A DNA stretch of 64,000 nucleotides from Gemmatimonadaceae bacterium (lineage in GTDB: Bacteria > Gemmatimonadota > Gemmatimonadetes > Gemmatimonadales > Gemmatimonadaceae). Each line of letters starts with the position of its first letter. Positions within the stretch are counted from its first letter, which is position 1. Where the stretch lies: positions 64,001 to 128,000 of the forward strand of contig JBGAJQ010000004.1 of the NCBI GenBank assembly GCA_044224875.1, in the 5' to 3' direction. The notes under the pieces are model-generated. The model saw only the letters and a list, made by a program, of their open reading frames with translations, did no database searches and had not been told where the DNA came from. The position numbers and the translations under genes are program-made. This document shows positions 58,393 through 64,000 of this stretch, piece after piece.

Positions 58393-60282
58393 CTAGGCGC
58401 CCAAAAGCTGCTTGACAGCTCGGTCGGCCTCGCGAATCGAGTTCCGGTGATCCATGGCGCCGGCGAGGTCCGTGTTCGCGAAGGCGATACGCCCGTGCGG
58501 GGCATTGCGCAGCACGTCTCTCGGTGCAGGCTTGCCATTCAACCCGAAGAAGAACCCGGGCTGGGGATTCACGTACGCGTGTCCCCATCGATTCAGGATG
58601 AGTCCGGCGATGTCGCGACGCGGATCGAGCCCGCCGGGCGCAAACATGTCGGCAAGTTGCTGGCGCAACATGCGCTCATACTGGGCGAACGAAGTGCCGA
58701 GAAGTTCCGCGCGGCCGCGGCTTCCTTGCTCGGCGATCGGAAGTCCGGGCTTGGCGTAGAGGACCTTGATCGTCAAGACAGTGGGGGAGTCCGGGCTGAT
58801 CGTTGGGCGTTCGCTGCCTAACGTTGCCATCCGCCGTACGGACAGGTAGTCGCCGAGTCCTCCGAACCACCGGCATCCCGTCAACCCCATCCGGTAAAGG
58901 AAGCGCCAGTTCGTGACCGCGACGTTCGCCATGAGGCACGGCGACCGATAGAACTGCTCATAAGCCTCGCGATGCGAGGGCGGCAGGTCACGTACAATCC
59001 GTTTGGCAGTCCAACTGCCGCCAGCCACCACGACGGCACGTGCCTTGACTCGGAGGAGGCGCCCACCTTTGAGGTACGTGACCAGGACGTGAGGTGCGGT
59101 GGCCGGATCGCCATCGTGCTCGACTCGCACGACCGTTGCGTTGAGCCGAATGCGCGTGCCCTGACCCGTACGATCGAGCGCCGCGAAATTCACCCGGCTC
59201 TCCCATACCGCGTCCACCGTGCGCGGGCCGGCGAAGGCTCCTGGGATGAGCGTCTTCACCATGAGCCGAGCGAACCCCGCATTGCCATCAGGGAACATCT
59301 GGTCGCCTAACGTGGCGTCACCATCAACAGGAAACTGTGTCTCGATGGCGTACGCGCAGTATCCAGACAGCGCGTCCGGTCCGAGTCCGTAGCCACCTCC
59401 CTCCACGGGGGACAAGAACTGACGTACGGTTTCGCGACGGATCCCATGCCGCGCCATCAGGTGGTCCTCGAGGGTGATCGCGTCGAGCTGACGCGATACG
59501 GCATCGCCTTCCGTCTGTGGCCGAGGCCCTTCATCGTGCGAGGTGCGCCATCGCAGCAGGTCTGCTTTGGCCGCCTCGCCTAACGGTGCGCCCGCTAGGC
59601 TGCGTCCCCAGGGGTCCATCACCCAGACACCGGGCCGCGTCCCGAACTCCGAACCAAAGTAGAAGCCGTAGTGCTTCGGTTCCGCGTACGGGCTCTGGTC
59701 CAGCTGCATCTCCGGCTCTCGCCCACCCCAGCGCTGATATTCGAACGCCGAGCGATCCATGCCGATCGTCTCGTAGAACTGGTCGGTGTAGCCGCCCTTC
59801 TTCGGTACCAGGAAGATCGCCGAGCCTTGGTGGGCGATGACGCGCTGTCCGGCGACGCGGAACTCGTTGCGTTTGGCCTCGCCACCGAAGATCGCGTGGT
59901 TGTCGAGGACCAGACAACGCCCGCCCTTGTACTTCTGGAAGAACACCGCCGCAGCGAGCCCGCTCAGGCCGCCGCCGACGGCCACAAGGTCGTACATCTC
60001 GCCGGTGTCCGTCGCGTCCGAACGCTCATACGCGCCGTCGCGCATGGCGTGTGCTGCGGTCATGACGTCGTACGTGTTGCCGTTCGATCGCGCGTAGTCA
60101 CCCACGCCGCCGTAGCCATTCCACTCCTCAGCGGGTGAGGGAAGGAAGGGTAGGGAACCATTCGCGGCTACGCCCGCTCCGGCGACGAGCATGCCGTTGA
60201 CGAAGTCTCGCCGCGAGATCGACTCGTCCATGCCGAGCCGATGGTCGCCGGGCCGGTGCTCGCGCTCGTTAGGCACGACCAC
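58393..60282 (-). CDS. Spermidine dehydrogenase (SpdH)-like Tat-exported flavoprotein
   Basis: ISRRDFVNG Tat motif; VGGGLSG; FGGEAKRNEF; FPDGNAGFAR; NRWGHAY; GRIAFANTD. Confidence 0.82.
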   Translation of the reverse strand: MVVPNEREHRPGDHRLGMDESISRRDFVNGMLVAGAGVAANGSLPFLPSPAEEWNGYGGVGDYARSNGNTYDVMTAAHAMRDGAYERSDATDTGEMYDLVAVGGGLSGLAAAVFFQKYKGGRCLVLDNHAIFGGEAKRNEFRVAGQRVIAHQGSAIFLVPKKGGYTDQFYETIGMDRSAFEYQRWGGREPEMQLDQSPYAEPKHYGFYFGSEFGTRPGVWVMDPWGRSLAGAPLGEAAKADLLRWRTSHDEGPRPQTEGDAVSRQLDAITLEDHLMARHGIRRETVRQFLSPVEGGGYGLGPDALSGYCAYAIETQFPVDGDATLGDQMFPDGNAGFARLMVKTLIPGAFAGPRTVDAVWESRVNFAALDRTGQGTRIRLNATVVRVEHDGDPATAPHVLVTYLKGGRLLRVKARAVVVAGGSWTAKRIVRDLPPSHREAYEQFYRSPCLMANVAVTNWRFLYRMGLTGCRWFGGLGDYLSVRRMATLGSERPTISPDSPTVLTIKVLYAKPGLPIAEQGSRGRAELLGTSFAQYERMLRQQLADMFAPGGLDPRRDIAGLILNRWGHAYVNPQPGFFFGLNGKPAPRDVLRNAPHGRIAFANTDLAGAMDHRNSIREADRAVKQLLGA

Positions 60283-60359
60283 TCGGCGTCGGCGTCCGCA
60301 TGCCGATGGGCGGAGGCGTGTTGTTCATTTGGAATCCGCGCTGCAGCCGATGATCTGAA

Positions 60360-60396
60360 CGGCGAACGGCGGCGAAACGACAGCCGCCGTTCGCCG
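60360..60396 (-). terminator. 14-bp hairpin after the SusD-like gene
   Basis: CGGCGAACGGCGGC / GCCGCCGTTCGCCG, 7 bp after the stop codon. Confidence 0.6.
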
Positions 60397-60403
60397 AAAC
60401 GAA

Positions 60404-61660
60404 CTACGAACTCTTCTTCAGGGTCTGGTTGTTATCGAGTTCCGTGCGCGGGATTTGATAGCAGATCTGCGCACCGACGGAACCAAAGCCTGTGCGCCAG
60501 TAAGCACTGCCGGCCACCGGCACGAAACGAGAGGCGGCGGTCGGCTGCCGACGCCAGTCGGCCATCCGCTTTCCCTCGAGCCAGAAGTCGAAACCCTTCT
60601 GAAAGAACAACTCGGCCAGGACGGACGCCGCGTCCGTTGCGCCTGCATACGGCTGCTGGCCGGCCGCGGCACGCTGCCGATTGATCAGCGTCAACTGATC
60701 GGCGGTGCTTCCAGACGCCTCCGCGGCGATATACTCGGCCTCGAGTTTGGACGCCAGTCGGATCGGCGCCCCGTATGAGGTCCACTTCTGCTGGACGATG
60801 AACGGCCCCGCGGCTTGGTCGACCGCCGTGAATCCGTGCGGCGGTAGCCGGAACGTCACACGCGGGTCGGTGGTCTGGTAATACGGCGGAACGCTGATCG
60901 TGCCGCGGTCCACCGTGAATCGCCACATCGTGTTCGACAACCGGGCCCGATTCGCCAGGTCGTCGGTGAAGTTCATGTTGAAGTTGAAGCCGGCGGGAAC
61001 GGAGTTGGCATCGGACATAGCCCCGGCCTTGTCGCCTTTCTGCAGCTTGGCGCGTGCCCGCCCGACGAGCGCGACGCGTGCCAACGTGAGCCCATCGGCC
61101 GAGGCGTTCGCCGTGCCGACGTCCACCGCCTTGTTGAACCAGAAGATCGCCGAGTCCAGCAGTTGCGTCGTATTGAGCTCCGGTCCCGAGTTGATCGTAC
61201 CGGCGCAGAAGTCGAACGCGATGTACATGATCGCGTACGCGCGAAAGACCGCCGCGCGGGCGACGTTGATGTTGGTCGTCGGGTTCGGGAGGTTGAGATC
61301 GAGCAGGATCTTCCCGGACGCCACCGCCAGCTGTAAGCCGGCCCAGCGGGCAGCCAGCGTGGGATTGTCGACGGACACCTCCCGCTTGCCAAACTCGTTC
61401 TGGCTGGAGCTGGTCTCGATGATGTACGTCTCGCCGGTGAAGTGCGACTCGAACATCGCGGTGGTTCCAAGCTCCGTGACCAGGTTTTGCTGCACGGTGG
61501 CGGCCAGCGAGCCGGCGACGGCCGCGGGGTCTACTGTGCCCGCATCGATCACGTTGGGGTTGGTGACCTCGAGGAACTTGTCTCCGCAGGCGGTGGCACC
61601 CATCACCAGCAGGGCGCCGGCCACCACGCGCGAGATCGCAGGTCGGATGTGGATGGACAT
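60404..61660 (-). CDS. RagB/SusD-like lipoprotein
   Basis: Lipobox ATAC, LEVTNPNVID, FWLEGKRMADWRR, IPRTELDNN; directly downstream of the SusC-like gene. Confidence 0.85.
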   Translation of the reverse strand: MSIHIRPAISRVVAGALLVMGATACGDKFLEVTNPNVIDAGTVDPAAVAGSLAATVQQNLVTELGTTAMFESHFTGETYIIETSSSQNEFGKREVSVDNPTLAARWAGLQLAVASGKILLDLNLPNPTTNINVARAAVFRAYAIMYIAFDFCAGTINSGPELNTTQLLDSAIFWFNKAVDVGTANASADGLTLARVALVGRARAKLQKGDKAGAMSDANSVPAGFNFNMNFTDDLANRARLSNTMWRFTVDRGTISVPPYYQTTDPRVTFRLPPHGFTAVDQAAGPFIVQQKWTSYGAPIRLASKLEAEYIAAEASGSTADQLTLINRQRAAAGQQPYAGATDAASVLAELFFQKGFDFWLEGKRMADWRRQPTAASRFVPVAGSAYWRTGFGSVGAQICYQIPRTELDNNQTLKKSS

Positions 61661-61676
61661 GGTCTCCTCTCGCGCG

Positions 61677-64000
61677 TTAGAAGGTGAGGTCGAAGCGGAG
61701 CAGCATACGCTTCGGCGTTGGAAGGGTGAAGAAGTCCGCACGTGAGAAGTTGCCGCTGTCGGTGACCACTTCCGGGTCGGGACCTTCATAGTCCGTCCAG
61801 AGCCCAAGGTTCTGCATGCCGAACTGGATCGTCGCGCCCTGCGTCAGGCCCCAGAGCTTGTCGAGATATCGCTTGGGCACGTTGTACGTTACCGAGAGTT
61901 CGCGGAAGCGTATGAAGTCGCCGGGTTGCTCCCACGCTTCATACACGTCGTTCTGTGTGGCCACGGCGCCTGAAACGGTGACGAAAGCCGGCTGGCCCGG
62001 CGTGTCGTTTCCGTACCGACGCAACCGCTCGCGACGCGACAGCTTGGTCGGGTCCAGGCGGTTGGACGACCGAACGAGCTGCGTCTCGCGGTAGAAGTCC
62101 GTGAAGTTGTCGGTGATGAAGTCCCGCTTGGCATCGACCAAGGCCGTCACACGCAGGGCGCGGAAGATCGTGAACGTGTTGGAGATGTTCCACTCCAGCG
62201 TCGGATACAAGTTGCCGATCGGCGACACGGTATCGGCTACCACGACCTTGCCCGTCGTTTCATCAATCGACTGGATCTTCTTGGACACGTACACGCCGAG
62301 CTGCTGCCCCAGCATCGCACGGGTGTGACTGAAGCTCCCGCCAGGTGCAAATGCGGCGACGCCGCCGAGGTCGGTCAACTCGTTATGGAGTGTGTTGGCG
62401 GCCAGGCGAAGATCCCAGCCGACGTTTCGCAGCTGCACCAGGGCCGCGTTGACGCCGACTTCGAAGCCGCTGTTCTCCACGGTGCCAATGTTCTGCAGTG
62501 GGTTGGCGAGCGTTCCCAGCTGCGTGTAGCCCAGGGACGGCGCGATTGGCTTGGCGATGATCAAGTCCTTCGTGACCTTCTTGTAGAAAGTCAGCTCGGT
62601 GCTGATCCGGTCATTCCAGAAGCCAGCATCCATGCCCACTTCGTACTCCGTGCCTCGCTCGGGCTTCAAGTTCTCGTTCCCGGGGTTGCCGGGATTGGCG
62701 CCGTTGAGCGTGGTACCAACGATGTTGTACGGAGCCGCCGCGAGGATGTTGAGCGCCGCTCCGGGCGCCGGCGATCGACCCGTCGTTCCCCACGCCGCTC
62801 GGAGCCGCAGGCTGTTCACCTTGTCCGTCAAGCCCTTGAAGAAGGGCTCATCGGACACGGTCCACGACGCGCCGAACTTGGGTAGCACGAAGGAAGGCGC
62901 GTTGCCACCGAACGCCGAGTTCTTGTCGACGCGCACCGCCGCCTGGAGGAAGAGCCGATTCTCCCATCCCACCTGCAACTGGCTCAGGTAGCCGAACTGT
63001 TTCTGTTGCGTCTGCTGGCTGCCGCCCGTGGTCGTTGCGGCTGACGTAACCGAGTTGTTGGCATTCGTGACAAAACCGATGCCGAGCGAGTTGGTCAGCG
63101 TGTTTCGGGTCGATACGACCTGCAGACCGGCCGACAGGTTGGTCTCCCACTGCTGTCGGGCGCCAAACAACTTCTTGGCGTTGCCCAGATAGTCGAAGGT
63201 GTACCGCTCGGCGCCGCGTGCCTGACGATTCATGCGGCCAAGGTCGGTCTGACCGCCGTACCAGGTGCTGTCATTGCGTGGATTGAACTCGAACTGCTCG
63301 TCGGCCGCGTAGTCCGTGCCCACCGTGACGCGGTTGTTGAACCACGAGTAGGGGAGATACGTCGCCGTGATGTTGCTGGTGACCCGGTGCGTGAGGAGCT
63401 GGTTCTGGATGCTCTTGATGGCGTTCGAGTGGCGGTTGAACCCGAACCATCCGTCCGCGCTGTTGGCCGGATTGTCGGAACGCGTCAGCGGTGAGCCAAG
63501 GAGCGCGCCGGCGATCCAGCCGTACAGGGAGTTGTCGAGGTTTGGAAGCCGTGTCTTGTTCTGTGCCAGTCCCAGGCCAATGTCCACCGTCAGTCGCGAA
63601 TCGGGAACGAAGTTGAAGTTCGTCCGGACGTTGTACTTGTCGTTGGCATTGTTAGGCAGCGTGCCGTCGGCCTTTGTGGCACCGGCCGACAGGTTGTATC
63701 CGAAGCTCTGGCCGCCGCCGCGCCCGTTCCAGCTGAGTGTGAGGTCGTGCCCGGTGTCGACTACCGGATAGCGACGCCAGACGTTGTCATGCACGAGCGT
63801 GCCGACCGCTTGGCCACGACAGAGTGGGTTGGTGCTCGTTGCGGCAACCAGCGCCGCGGTGCAGATGCCGTAGCTGTCGTCTGGGTAGAAGTTCTGGTCG
63901 ACCGTCCCGAACTCGGCGCGCAGCGACTGCTGGAAGCGATTGGCTCCCGGACGTCCTTTCTTGGTGATGATCTGGATGACGCCCGCGGATGCGTCGGCGC
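61677..64000 (-). CDS. SusC/RagA-like TonB-dependent receptor (5' end outside window)
   Basis: ADASAGVIQIITKKG at the window edge; GNENLKPERGTEYE; DFIRFRELSV; WTDYEGPDPE; terminal Phe. Confidence 0.93.
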   Translation of the reverse strand, partial: ADASAGVIQIITKKGRPGANRFQQSLRAEFGTVDQNFYPDDSYGICTAALVAATSTNPLCRGQAVGTLVHDNVWRRYPVVDTGHDLTLSWNGRGGGQSFGYNLSAGATKADGTLPNNANDKYNVRTNFNFVPDSRLTVDIGLGLAQNKTRLPNLDNSLYGWIAGALLGSPLTRSDNPANSADGWFGFNRHSNAIKSIQNQLLTHRVTSNITATYLPYSWFNNRVTVGTDYAADEQFEFNPRNDSTWYGGQTDLGRMNRQARGAERYTFDYLGNAKKLFGARQQWETNLSAGLQVVSTRNTLTNSLGIGFVTNANNSVTSAATTTGGSQQTQQKQFGYLSQLQVGWENRLFLQAAVRVDKNSAFGGNAPSFVLPKFGASWTVSDEPFFKGLTDKVNSLRLRAAWGTTGRSPAPGAALNILAAAPYNIVGTTLNGANPGNPGNENLKPERGTEYEVGMDAGFWNDRISTELTFYKKVTKDLIIAKPIAPSLGYTQLGTLANPLQNIGTVENSGFEVGVNAALVQLRNVGWDLRLAANTLHNELTDLGGVAAFAPGGSFSHTRAMLGQQLGVYVSKKIQSIDETTGKVVVADTVSPIGNLYPTLEWNISNTFTIFRALRVTALVDAKRDFITDNFTDFYRETQLVRSSNRLDPTKLSRRERLRRYGNDTPGQPAFVTVSGAVATQNDVYEAWEQPGDFIRFRELSVTYNVPKRYLDKLWGLTQGATIQFGMQNLGLWTDYEGPDPEVVTDSGNFSRADFFTLPTPKRMLLRFDLTF

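Overview
High-GC (about 65-67% by eye), gene-dense bacterial window. The gene content (three Ser/Thr kinase-TPR proteins, a kinase-coupled ECF sigma factor, a SusC/SusD-like pair, an Oar-type TonB receptor, Ig-like lipoproteins) suggests Gemmatimonadota; this is an inference. It runs from a 5'-truncated katG to a 5'-truncated SusC-like receptor. I saw no rRNA, tRNA, CRISPR array, transposase or integrase. Most interesting: (1) a translationally coupled pair of a caspase-like CHAT/Zn-ribbon/membrane fusion and a secreted trypsin-like protease (12176-15933); (2) a kelch-like protein with a mirror-symmetric 11-residue Cys/Trp ladder (7+7 Cys centred on Pro83), next to a CGC-motif membrane protein (35252-37675); (3) at least 23 copies of GTTAGGC/GCCTAAC, mostly inside genes, often using rare TTA codons; (4) a His/Cys-rich upstream ORF ending in GPP whose Pro-Pro codons can pair with the RBS of a TonB receptor; (5) an identical GGGACGA-N14-GTGACGA box upstream of the LytS/LytTR operon and 15 kb away; (6) a structured leader before an ankyrin gene. 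Five genes are broken by deletion, truncation or frameshift. All family assignments come from motif recognition by eye, not database searches.
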